Notes under the pieces: generated by a model
What the model saw: only the letters and a program-made list of their open reading frames with translations
Told to the model about the DNA's origin: nothing
Databases searched by the model: none
IMG/VR virus record: IMGVR_UViG_2802429139_000001
DNA length: 64,000 bases
DNA from: a virus
Direction: 5' to 3' (one strand)
Shown here: positions 48,425 through 57,014 of the stretch, piece after piece
How positions within the stretch are numbered: position 1 is the first letter of the stretch
Layout of the letters: each line of letters begins with the position of its first letter
Program-made: the position numbers and the translations under genes

Positions 48425-48441
48425 GCCTGGTAGTTGATACC
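48425..48441. promoter_or_regulatory. Copy 3 of CCTGGTAGTTGATAC motif, followed by CTACC (GGTAG-N11-CTACC)
   Basis: Shared motif. Confidence 0.4.
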
Positions 48442-48442
48442 G

Positions 48443-48763
48443 CTACCCGAGATTGTCTCGATTGAGCGGCACGACCGTGAGAGTCGTCGTGCCGAACTGT
48501 GGACGCCCCAGAAGGCGCGCGTAGATCTTCTGGCGTGCCGTCTCCATGGCCGCCGGGTCGGCGCTGATGTCCCTGATAATCTTCTCGACAATCGTTGCCT
48601 GGACCTCCTCCGGCGGTGCGTCGTCGTGACCCTCCGACGCGTTCATGATGAGCGTGGCCACACCACTGGCGAAGCCGTCAAGCCAGATGTCCAGCAGGAC
48701 CTCCGGGTTGACCTGTTTCACCTCAACATCAGGGTCAGTGTTGGTGTTCGTCGATTCATTCAT
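48443..48763 (-). CDS. Hypothetical acidic protein
   Basis: ATGA overlap with Prim-Pol stop. Confidence 0.5.
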   Translation of the reverse strand: MNESTNTNTDPDVEVKQVNPEVLLDIWLDGFASGVATLIMNASEGHDDAPPEEVQATIVEKIIRDISADPAAMETARQKIYARLLGRPQFGTTTLTVVPLNRDNLG

Positions 48764-49467
48764 TCTTTCTCTCCCTTTACTTTCGGTGACGGCTTGACCG
48801 TCCACGACCAGCGGTGCTGGGGGTCTATGCGCGATGGCGGCGCGACGACATAGCCACCGACGCCGCGGTAGTCGATACCGGGCGCGATGCGTGCTGAGTT
48901 GCCGTCGCCGGTGGGCTCGATGAGGAGGTGCACGCCACCAGATGAGGTGGCCACCCTGCCATGGACATCTGGTACGCGATCCTCATTGATCATGTCGCGC
49001 AACGACAACCAGCCATCGGGTACGTCCACATCGATCACGTCGAAGTGGACGCCGGTCGGTATGCCGATGTTGCATAGCGGATGTTTGGTCCAGAACTTCT
49101 TGATGCGCTCAGGATCAGTCGTCGCGTCCTTGAAACCGTTTCCGCCATCCTTCTTCGCGATCGCCGGCCGCTTCCCACCCACCTCCAGCGGGAACACAGG
49201 CCAGCCGTACTCCGTGGCGTAGAACAGCGCCGAGAGCCCCAGTGGCGGGGGGATCTCATCGAGCGCTTTCAGCTCAGCCTCGATGCGCGCCTCAAGCTCG
49301 GGCTGGTCGCTCATGTAGACGGCGGCGCGCAACTCCTCGGTTAGCAGCTCCACGCGCGTCAGGGTTGGCGTTGGCGCGTTCTCTGCGCACTCCGGATGCT
49401 GACGCTGGTCGTCGTCGGTGACGATCATGAGTGTGTTGCACGAGACGCACGTGGAGTAGGTGAACAT
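48760..49467 (-). CDS. Bifunctional DNA primase/polymerase (Prim-Pol) domain protein
   Basis: YGWPVFPLEVGGKRPA...DVIDVDVPDGW. Confidence 0.8.
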   Translation of the reverse strand: MFTYSTCVSCNTLMIVTDDDQRQHPECAENAPTPTLTRVELLTEELRAAVYMSDQPELEARIEAELKALDEIPPPLGLSALFYATEYGWPVFPLEVGGKRPAIAKKDGGNGFKDATTDPERIKKFWTKHPLCNIGIPTGVHFDVIDVDVPDGWLSLRDMINEDRVPDVHGRVATSSGGVHLLIEPTGDGNSARIAPGIDYRGVGGYVVAPPSRIDPQHRWSWTVKPSPKVKGEKE

Positions 49468-49470
49468 CGG

Positions 49471-49707
49471 TCACCACCCTCGCCGAGGGGTCGGTAAGAT
49501 CGCCGCCTGATTCTCAAGCCGCTCGATCTCGTCGGCCAGCACCTCGACGCAATTAGCCAGGCCAACGATGAGACCGTTGGTGTTGCCATTGATCTCGCCG
49601 ACCAGTCGCCCTGTCAGCTCGCGACCATCGAAGTCCTTGACGTCCCTCTCGGCGTCAGTGCGTATCTCGCTGGCGATCTCGCGCGCACGAGCGGTCTTAG
49701 CGCTCAT
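49471..49707 (-). CDS. Hypothetical protein
   Basis: ORF. Confidence 0.4.
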   Translation of the reverse strand: MSAKTARAREIASEIRTDAERDVKDFDGRELTGRLVGEINGNTNGLIVGLANCVEVLADEIERLENQAAILPTPRRGW

Positions 49708-49913
49708 CCCTGCATTCCCATCAGTCGCTCTGTCTGGATTGCGCTTTCGTCGTCGCGTTTGAACTCGGTGCAGAGGCAGCGGTGGTAGACGTGCCCAGAC
49801 TTCGCGCTGTGTGGGATGTCTGAGCAGTTCGTGCAGCCGAGGCACTGGCCGAATCCAGCCACGTGCGTGTCATCGTCGTGACCGCACTTACAGGTAGGTG
49901 CTGGCGCGCTCAT
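49704..49913 (-). CDS. Cys-rich zinc-finger protein (69 aa)
   Basis: CKCGHDDDTH...CLGCTNC. Confidence 0.45.
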   Translation of the reverse strand: MSAPAPTCKCGHDDDTHVAGFGQCLGCTNCSDIPHSAKSGHVYHRCLCTEFKRDDESAIQTERLMGMQG

Positions 49914-50395
49914 GGCAAGTGGTGTTTACCCGTTGCGCCGACGAGCACGTTCTTGTCGGGGTGCGTCTTCTTGTAAGCGATCGTTCGTCGCAGCATCGAC
50001 AGCACGTCTTGTCGCTTATGCCGTGGCGCAAAAAGCTCGACTGACTGCTCCGGAGTCAGACCGAGCAGGTCCGCGGCACGATCCTGGATGTCCATCGGCT
50101 TGTTGTTGCCACCCTTGGATACCACCCGATCGATCTGAATGCGCGCTGTCGAGTCGAGTAGGTCGATCCTGACGTTTTCAATTACGCCGACATCTCCGAC
50201 GATCTGACATGCCCACCCGGCGACGCACGCGGTGGTGGGACACGCCACGATCAGGCGACCACTTCGGCGCTTCGTGATCAGACTGGGATCATTGATCACT
50301 ACGGCCCACGTGGCCTGATTGTGCGAGTCTGGATCACTCTTGATCTTGTCGTGAACTTTCTGCATGAGGTCGGTATTGATCTCAAGTGTCTTCAT
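49910..50395 (-). CDS. Hypothetical protein (161 aa)
   Basis: GGAGA RBS; leader motif ATTGACACACAACGACA upstream. Confidence 0.5.
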   Translation of the reverse strand: MKTLEINTDLMQKVHDKIKSDPDSHNQATWAVVINDPSLITKRRSGRLIVACPTTACVAGWACQIVGDVGVIENVRIDLLDSTARIQIDRVVSKGGNNKPMDIQDRAADLLGLTPEQSVELFAPRHKRQDVLSMLRRTIAYKKTHPDKNVLVGATGKHHLP

Positions 50396-50574
50396 TTCGT
50401 TCTCCGCGTTGGTTTGTCGTTGTGTGTCAATAGTTTTGGGTGGCGCGCCCCGCCCCGACCGCCAGCGATTGGGACCTGAAACCAATCACTATGGTCGGGA
50501 TAGGGAGCGGGGCGCGCCTGCCGAGACGAGCAGATCGGGCGGGGGTTTGATCCGCTTCTAGCCTCGGCCGCTCA

Positions 50575-51039
50575 TCAGAACGGTGGTTCCGCGCTGTTGT
50601 TCGACCATGGGTCATCCGCAGGCGCGGTCGCCGCGGCAACAGGTGCGGCCATGTTCTGCTGGAACTTGTCGCTAGCGAGATACTTTCGCGCCAGCGCCTT
50701 CTCATCCTCGGTCGGTTCGCTCAGCGTCCAGGGCGGCTTCTGGCCCGGCTTGGGTACACCCTTGCCGAGTCTGCCCAGATTGAAGCGGCCAGTGCCGATG
50801 TTGCCCTTGATCTGACCTTGCAGCACCAGCGGGAAGACGTACCCGTTGCGGTACACCGAGCCAGCTTCCGGACCGTCCAGCACGTGAACGTTGGCCTCGA
50901 TGGCGTCCTTCGGCCCATAATTCTTGGTCGGCACTCCCACCTTCAGCTCAAGGGGCTGGACAAGCAGCAATCGCTTCTCCAGGTCCTCCCAGTTGATGAC
51001 ATCTGCCGAGCCTGGACCGTCGAATAGGTCATCACTCAT
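50575..51039 (-). CDS. Hypothetical protein with SSB-like acidic C-terminal tail (DDPWSNNSAEPPF)
   Basis: C-terminal tail resembles SSB tip; no obvious OB-fold sequence. Confidence 0.45.
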   Translation of the reverse strand: MSDDLFDGPGSADVINWEDLEKRLLLVQPLELKVGVPTKNYGPKDAIEANVHVLDGPEAGSVYRNGYVFPLVLQGQIKGNIGTGRFNLGRLGKGVPKPGQKPPWTLSEPTEDEKALARKYLASDKFQQNMAAPVAAATAPADDPWSNNSAEPPF

Positions 51040-51066
51040 TGGTTGATCCTTTCATTCCTGGTAGTT

Positions 51067-51082
51067 GATACGCGCGGCGCAC
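51067..51082. promoter_or_regulatory. Copy 4 of CCTGGTAGTTGATAC motif
   Basis: Shared motif. Confidence 0.4.
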
Positions 51083-51105
51083 GCATCCCGTTCCGGCGCA
51101 GCCGG

Positions 51106-51294
51106 TTACGGCTTGGTGTCGAGCGGCTTGAACTGCAAGCCCGCCAGGTTGGCCTCTGCCTCAGTGATGTGGAAACCTCTCTCACGCGCGCGCCTGATCA
51201 TCGCGATCCGAGCGTTCAGGCGTCGCGTCTGTGCGTCGTCTCCGGTCACGCGGTCATACCTATCTCTGTAGCCGTAGCGCTTGTGTGTGGTCAT
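51106..51294 (-). CDS. Small basic protein (62 aa)
   Basis: ATGA overlap. Confidence 0.4.
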   Translation of the reverse strand: MTTHKRYGYRDRYDRVTGDDAQTRRLNARIAMIRRARERGFHITEAEANLAGLQFKPLDTKP

Positions 51295-51791
51295 GTGATG
51301 ACCGCTTTCGGTGTGCCCTCGCGCGTCTTGGTGCGAAAGATGTACCCACAGCCGCACTGATAGACCAGATGCGTTGGCGTGTCGGCGTCCTGGTCCACGC
51401 TCTCGGAGGCCCCGAACCATTCGGAATACCTCACGAAGCCGTTTGGCCCGTACGCGCCACCAGCCATGAAGGGGGACCCATGCGCCGTATAGGACTTCGT
51501 GAATGGCGTTTCCGGTTCGACCCATCCGACGAGGTGAACCTGAATATCCTCAAGCTTCTCGTCACACATCGGGCAGTGTGAGATGGAACCGAATGCCGGA
51601 AGCGTCAGGAATGCCACCGCACGCTCACTCTTACGGGTCAGCGCTAGCGTCCGTTGTAGCCTCTCGCGAGTCTCCGCGTGGTGCTTACGCTCCTGTTCGC
51701 GCGCAGCGTCGGCGATGCCAACACCTTTCGCCGCCCTGTCGGCGCGCTCGCGCTCGCTGGCCACCAGGCGGAGCAGCCGCTTTTTCTTCAT
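51291..51791 (-). CDS. Zn-finger hypothetical protein (HCPMC...CGCG)
   Basis: Cys motifs. Confidence 0.5.
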   Translation of the reverse strand: MKKKRLLRLVASERERADRAAKGVGIADAAREQERKHHAETRERLQRTLALTRKSERAVAFLTLPAFGSISHCPMCDEKLEDIQVHLVGWVEPETPFTKSYTAHGSPFMAGGAYGPNGFVRYSEWFGASESVDQDADTPTHLVYQCGCGYIFRTKTREGTPKAVIT

Positions 51792-52135
51792 CGCGAATCA
51801 CCGGACCCTTGCAGCGTGCCGCGCTCAGAACGTGAGGCCAGTTTGGCAATGTTGATGCCTGCGATCGACTCAAGATCAGCGCCGAGCTGGGTCGCCGTCT
51901 GGGCGACATACCAGAGCACATCGCCCAGCTCGAAGATGATGCGCATCCGCGCCTCATCTGTGATCACGCCAGCGTCGTCGCGCAGCACTTTCTTGGCCTT
52001 GTTCGCGATCTCACCGGCCTCGCCAGCGAGGCCAAGCGCGACGTAGGCCAATCCGTGTGCGCTGTCAGCGTCTCCAGCATCCGGGTAGATGGCCGTTTCA
52101 GCCGCTCGGCGCTGGTACTCATCAAGGGTGATCAT
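51788..52135 (-). CDS. mazG: MazG-like nucleotide pyrophosphohydrolase
   Basis: LAGEAGEIANKAKK...ELGDVLWYVAQ. Confidence 0.8.
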   Translation of the reverse strand: MITLDEYQRRAAETAIYPDAGDADSAHGLAYVALGLAGEAGEIANKAKKVLRDDAGVITDEARMRIIFELGDVLWYVAQTATQLGADLESIAGINIAKLASRSERGTLQGSGDSR

Positions 52136-53112
52136 CGGACGGGCACCGTCGGTATAGCGCCATTGATCGGCCAGCAGCCGGCGGTAGGCTGTCCCTTCTC
52201 CAGTGACTTCTGGATGCAGTACATGATGATGACGTTCGGGTCGTTGGACACCGACGACGCCAGTATCTTGTTGGCGTCGGCCTGCGCCTGTGCCGTCTGC
52301 TTAGCCTGCTCGGCCACCGCGGTGTTGGCCTTCTCGGCGTTGAACTGGTTGATCTTGTCTTCGGTCTGCTGGTCGTAGTCGATGATCGGCACGTTGACCT
52401 CAAGTACGTCGATTTGCGCACTGATCTTGTCGTTGAGACGCTTCTGGACCTCCCGCGACAAAGTGCCCAGGTCAGCGCCGTTCGTGGCGTTTTTGGGCGT
52501 GAGAGGGTCGAATGATGCGAATGTCTCATTCATCGCCGACTGAAGCGAGCGAGTGACCAGATTGGACTTCACGTTGTCGAACGTCTTGTATTGGACGAAG
52601 AGCACATCAGCGGCGTCAGCCTTGATCTGCCAGCGCACGTTTACGTCTGCGTCAGCCGTCGAGTTGTTACCCAGACGGATCTTCACGCGGTGGTCGCCGT
52701 TGAACACGTCGTTTTGAATCGCGCCATCCATCTCAGTCACGTTCGACCAAGGGGCTTTGACATGTAGTCCGTTCTGGAGCGTTGTGCCGGAGGGTTTCCC
52801 GAACGTGGTCACGATGCCGACGCTGCGCGTCGCCACGATCGTGAAGCATCCGAAAGCCAGAATGATCGCCGCTAGCGCGAGAACGGCAGTGCCGACGATG
52901 ATCGTCATCTTCGACGTACCGCGGTTCTCGGCTACGCGGTCGGCTTGGTTCTCCCAGTCGCGCAGCTTGTACGTGTAGTCATAGTCATTGGGCCCATCCT
53001 TCTCAGGCTTAGGGCCGACGCTGCCGGACTTGCGCAGCATCCAGAGTCCGACCCCGATGATCGGGACTGCGATGAAAACCAGGACAATGAATGTCCACAT
53101 CTGCCAGCTCAT
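52132..53112 (-). CDS. SPFH/band-7 (prohibitin-like) membrane protein
   Basis: Two N-terminal TM helices then SPFH-like domain. Confidence 0.75.
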   Translation of the reverse strand: MSWQMWTFIVLVFIAVPIIGVGLWMLRKSGSVGPKPEKDGPNDYDYTYKLRDWENQADRVAENRGTSKMTIIVGTAVLALAAIILAFGCFTIVATRSVGIVTTFGKPSGTTLQNGLHVKAPWSNVTEMDGAIQNDVFNGDHRVKIRLGNNSTADADVNVRWQIKADAADVLFVQYKTFDNVKSNLVTRSLQSAMNETFASFDPLTPKNATNGADLGTLSREVQKRLNDKISAQIDVLEVNVPIIDYDQQTEDKINQFNAEKANTAVAEQAKQTAQAQADANKILASSVSNDPNVIIMYCIQKSLEKGQPTAGCWPINGAIPTVPVR

Positions 53113-53149
53113 TTCATACCTTCCGTTGATGGTGTCGTTGTGTTGTTGA

Positions 53150-54079
53150 TTACGCCGCGCCGAGTTCGGTCAGGCGCCGTTTGACGACGACCTTGAACGC
53201 ATCGTCAATCGCGTCCTCCTCGTAGGCTGTCTGCCAGAGGTCGCGAAGTTCTTCCACGCTGGTGCAGGCCAGCGCGAGCGGGATCAGCGGATCGTCCTCA
53301 CTGATGGGGACAAACAGGCCGCTCTCACTACGCCAGTCCCAGACCTCCTTGGCAAGCTGGCACGCCTTCCAGCCGCGCGAGATGTCCACCCAGTGCAGCT
53401 CGCACTTGCCCTCACCGGATGGCAGATGAATGACGATGGCGCGGTCCTGGTCGATCTCAAAGCCGTCAACCTGGTCGCCGTCGGCGGTGTATGCCGTGCT
53501 GCGCGAGTACGCGCCGAGCTGCATCGAGATCTCACGCTCAGACCAGGTGATGTCACCCGTCTTGACGTCGATGATGTAGTACTTCCCCTGGTACTCCCCG
53601 ACCCGGTCTGGAGTGCCGGCGACCTGCCAGTCATGCAGGACGCGCATCGTCTCAATCTGCTTGTATTTCAGACCGTTTGCATCGCGGCACTTCTCATAAG
53701 CCTCAATGTCCCCGACGAACGCTGACGGGATGGAACCCAATGGCTCTCCGCGGTCCACACGCTCGCACAGCTTGTGCAGCGCCGTCCCGGTGGTCGACTT
53801 GGACGATGATCGCGCGTGCTCCATCGCCTTGTGCGCTACATCGTTGAGCGTCCCCTTGTCATCCTGCGTACACGACGCTGCGGCCAGCACCAGATCTTCA
53901 CGCTGACCCAACCCGAGCGCCACCTGGCGCAGCTTCCACTTCTCCAGGTTGTAGGTGTCTTCGAGTACGTTGATGAACTTGGTGGTCCGGCGGTAAGCCT
54001 TGAGCTTGCCGTCTGGCTGCTTGATCTTCGGTCGGCCCCAGCCGTCACGCGGGATGTCGTTGGTGAACTGATCACTCAT
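53150..54079 (-). CDS. PD-(D/E)XK nuclease (YqaJ/RecE-like exonuclease)
   Basis: TPD ... IIDVKTG motifs. Confidence 0.55.
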   Translation of the reverse strand: MSDQFTNDIPRDGWGRPKIKQPDGKLKAYRRTTKFINVLEDTYNLEKWKLRQVALGLGQREDLVLAAASCTQDDKGTLNDVAHKAMEHARSSSKSTTGTALHKLCERVDRGEPLGSIPSAFVGDIEAYEKCRDANGLKYKQIETMRVLHDWQVAGTPDRVGEYQGKYYIIDVKTGDITWSEREISMQLGAYSRSTAYTADGDQVDGFEIDQDRAIVIHLPSGEGKCELHWVDISRGWKACQLAKEVWDWRSESGLFVPISEDDPLIPLALACTSVEELRDLWQTAYEEDAIDDAFKVVVKRRLTELGAA

Positions 54080-54348
54080 CGAAACTCCCCCTTGTATAGG
54101 CCAGCGTCCGACAGGTCAGCAAGCGCTTGAGCCTGATTCATGATCTGATCGCGTGCGATGGCCATCACCTCGTCGCGCGGCACTGGCGCGAATACGACTG
54201 TTGTGCTGTCATTTTCGCTGTCGTACGCCGCCGACACTGGTCGCCAGAAGATGCCGCGAGAGCACGGCCCCAGCAGTTGTGGGGTGTTGGCGACCTCGCG
54301 CGCGTCACCGTCGTAGACGGCCCGGCGACGAGCTGGGACTTCGTTCAC
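54076..54348 (-). CDS. Hypothetical protein
   Basis: ORF. Confidence 0.45.
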   Translation of the reverse strand: MNEVPARRRAVYDGDAREVANTPQLLGPCSRGIFWRPVSAAYDSENDSTTVVFAPVPRDEVMAIARDQIMNQAQALADLSDAGLYKGEFR

Positions 54349-55064
54349 TCAGACACCTGCTGACGACTCGGGACCAGGCTGGCCAGTCCGACTGCTGCCT
54401 TGTTCTGTGCGTCCGAGTGGATGCCCAAGCCGATCTCGGCCAGCCAGGCGCGCAGTCCACCGCGCTCATTCGGCACGAGCGCCGCCAGCGCTACCGTAAG
54501 CACTTGCAGCTCATGACGATTACGCTTCTCCAGCCCCTTCCAGACCTCCTCGGGGTCATCCTCACGAATCTCGCTGACGAGCTTGTACGCCTCATCGAGC
54601 ACGCGACCACAGACCTTGACGTGAGCGCCGCTCTGGTTGTGCACCTTGACGGCTCCGCGCGGTGCGCGGTAGATACCGAGCGCCTTCTGAATGATCATCG
54701 CCTGGTCAGATGTGCTGGGCCGCAGGATCATCGCGACGTGCGCCAGGGCCAACTCGCTGTATCGCGTCGGCTGCGTCACGCTGCCGGGCATGTAACCCAC
54801 CTCGATCAGCTCTTCGTAGTACTGACGGGCGATATTGGTCAGCGTCGATCGGCTGATGCCGAAGTAGTCGCAGACCTCGGGGATGGTCATTGTTCCGGCA
54901 ACGACAGGGAACTCAATGCCGAGATCAGCCAGGCGCTCCAGCGCGACCGCCGAGAGCGCCTCTCGCCGCCGTTTCCAGTACAGCTTCTTGCGCGAACTAC
55001 GTTCGCCATCAGTCGTTTTCAGCACGCCGGTCGTCATGTCGTCGGTTACCAATGCGAGTGTCAT
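54345..55064 (-). CDS. HTH DNA-binding protein
   Basis: IPEVCDYFGISRSTLTNIARQY. Confidence 0.5.
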   Translation of the reverse strand: MTLALVTDDMTTGVLKTTDGERSSRKKLYWKRRREALSAVALERLADLGIEFPVVAGTMTIPEVCDYFGISRSTLTNIARQYYEELIEVGYMPGSVTQPTRYSELALAHVAMILRPSTSDQAMIIQKALGIYRAPRGAVKVHNQSGAHVKVCGRVLDEAYKLVSEIREDDPEEVWKGLEKRNRHELQVLTVALAALVPNERGGLRAWLAEIGLGIHSDAQNKAAVGLASLVPSRQQVSE

Positions 55065-55477
55065 GCGATCTCCTCAATGTCCGTCAAGGACTCCCCGTCT
55101 TCCAGGGCGATGATGACCAGCGGGTCCCTAACTCGGTGAAACGGGACGATGCGGAACTTCACGTCCCACACCGGGGGTGTGTCGTGCTGGTCTACCGTCT
55201 CGGTGCCGACGTAGACCGCCCAGTCGTCAACTTCGTCCCAGTGCGTTGACAGCAATAGGCGTCGCCCCTGACTGGTCACCAGTGCGTACGTGCCGGAGTG
55301 CAACGGCCAGTCGCTCCCGTTCATACGAAGGAACAACTGATGGTCCTGCGCTCCAGCCTCCACGATCAGGTTGTTGCCCGCGGTCAGCCAGTTGTCGATC
55401 TCTACGCGCGCCTCCATGTCTTGCGACGGAAGCTGTTGCATGAGTTGGCCGAACCAATCCTTGAGCTTTCCCATCAT
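55061..55477 (-). CDS. Hypothetical protein
   Basis: ATGA overlap. Confidence 0.45.
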   Translation of the reverse strand: MMGKLKDWFGQLMQQLPSQDMEARVEIDNWLTAGNNLIVEAGAQDHQLFLRMNGSDWPLHSGTYALVTSQGRRLLLSTHWDEVDDWAVYVGTETVDQHDTPPVWDVKFRIVPFHRVRDPLVIIALEDGESLTDIEEIA

Positions 55478-56001
55478 CGACTCCGAGGTCCCAGCGCGGC
55501 GGTCCGGAAGCATGCCGCGGTCGCCCTGGCGTCGTCTAGGGCGCTGTGCTCAGTGCCCGTGTCCACCGATAGCGATACGCACACGTCGTGCAGACCGCGA
55601 ATGTCGCTCGGGTCGAACCCCAGCGCGCCGCTGACGTACGCGCACACATCGGCCAGCCGGTAATGCCAGCTCTCCGCGTATCCCGTCGCCTTGACCAGCA
55701 TGTCGGCGTCGAACCGCGGGTTAGCGCCGCCGAGCCTGTTGCCCTTCAGCATGTCAAACAGCTCGCGATAGGCTTGGACGTTGTCGGCCGGACTCTTGAG
55801 CATCTTGCGGAACACGCCACGCTCGTAATACCTGTTGATACGCAACGCTTCCGGGTCGGCCAACATCATCTGATCAGGCTTGATGTAGGGCACAAAGTAG
55901 AGTTCCTGGCCGGTGGCGACGTTGACCGCCGCCACCTCCAGGATCGAGTGAACATCGGTGTCAAGACCTGTGGTCTCCAGGTCCACCACGATCAGGTCCA
56001 T
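55474..56001 (-). CDS. DnaQ-like 3'-5' exonuclease (DEDD)
   Basis: VVDLETTGLD ... HSALDDARA. Confidence 0.8.
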   Translation of the reverse strand: MDLIVVDLETTGLDTDVHSILEVAAVNVATGQELYFVPYIKPDQMMLADPEALRINRYYERGVFRKMLKSPADNVQAYRELFDMLKGNRLGGANPRFDADMLVKATGYAESWHYRLADVCAYVSGALGFDPSDIRGLHDVCVSLSVDTGTEHSALDDARATAACFRTAALGPRSR

Positions 56002-56549
56002 CAGTTTTCCGCCGCCTTTGATACCGGGGTGGTGACGACCGTGGGGACGTGGACGATTGTCCAGTCACCGCCGATCACGTACCGCGGGTCAACACTGTCG
56101 CTACCGAAGACGTTTTCATCCTGCGGTAGTCCGACGTTCATTCCCAAGTGGTGAGTCAGCAGGTGATGGATGAACGCCATCGCCTCAAACTTGCCTTCTG
56201 GGTTGATGCGCGCGAATTCCCAGCCGTCCAACGTTTTCAGGCCAGCGACGATCGCGAACGGGTGATCATCCATGCGACTGAAAATGATGCTGCCACTGGG
56301 GCACTCATCCGGCCGTGTCTTGTCCGGCCCGATGATTGTCATCGACGGATCGCGGCAGACGATCCACGTCATATCCAGGTCGCCCATTATCTCCTCGTCG
56401 GTAGACGGCTCTTGGGTGATCTTGAGCGTGCTCGATTCGGTGACCTGCATGAGATACCAGCCGTCCTCAGCGCGCAGACCGAAGACTGCGTGGTTGTCGT
56501 TGTCCGGGCAGATGGTGAACACCATTGCACCCGTGGGATACTCACGCAT
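56001..56549 (-). CDS. Hypothetical protein, paralog A (CPxNDNH motif)
   Basis: Shares motif with next gene. Confidence 0.5.
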   Translation of the reverse strand: MREYPTGAMVFTICPDNDNHAVFGLRAEDGWYLMQVTESSTLKITQEPSTDEEIMGDLDMTWIVCRDPSMTIIGPDKTRPDECPSGSIIFSRMDDHPFAIVAGLKTLDGWEFARINPEGKFEAMAFIHHLLTHHLGMNVGLPQDENVFGSDSVDPRYVIGGDWTIVHVPTVVTTPVSKAAEN

Positions 56550-56865
56550 GGTCGACCACCTCCTCGTCCTCGTCGGTGATCAACGGCGCGGTGGGAATGT
56601 GCACGATGGTCACGACCATCGGCTTGGGTCCCTGCTGGAGCTCGTGGAAGTCCTGATCACTGATGACCGGGATCGAATGACCAGCCAACAGCGCAAGACC
56701 CAACTTCTGAGGTTCCATGAACATGGTGAAATTGCCACGCTCAGCGACGCCGGAAAGGTTCCAGCCGTTGGCGTCTCGCAGTAGCACTGAGACATGGTTG
56801 TCGTTGCGTGGGCACACCCAGTACGCGATGGTGCCGCTGGGGTATGTCGGGTAGTTGGTGTCCAT
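56542..56865 (-). CDS. Hypothetical protein, paralog B (CPRNDNH motif)
   Basis: Shared motif. Confidence 0.5.
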   Translation of the reverse strand: MDTNYPTYPSGTIAYWVCPRNDNHVSVLLRDANGWNLSGVAERGNFTMFMEPQKLGLALLAGHSIPVISDQDFHELQQGPKPMVVTIVHIPTAPLITDEDEEVVDHA

Positions 56866-56972
56866 CAGAACGCCCCCACTCGGATCAGGTACGCCGCCGC
56901 GACGATCGGCCCGGTCATGGCCAACATCAGCCAGGACGCGTAGTCGCCGAAAGTCATTTCCTTGGATGACAT
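56865..56972 (-). CDS. Small hydrophobic peptide (35 aa)
   Basis: GGAAGG RBS and leader motif; below track cutoff. Confidence 0.3.
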   Translation of the reverse strand: MSSKEMTFGDYASWLMLAMTGPIVAAAYLIRVGAF

Positions 56973-57014
56973 CTCATTCCTTCCATTCGTTGGTGTCGTT
57001 GTTGTGATGCCCTT

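Noticed and set aside
50497-50510. GGGATAGGGAGC resembling a known actinophage start-associated sequence
   Set aside because: Single copy, on the non-coding strand relative to local genes; likely coincidental inside a larger inverted repeat.
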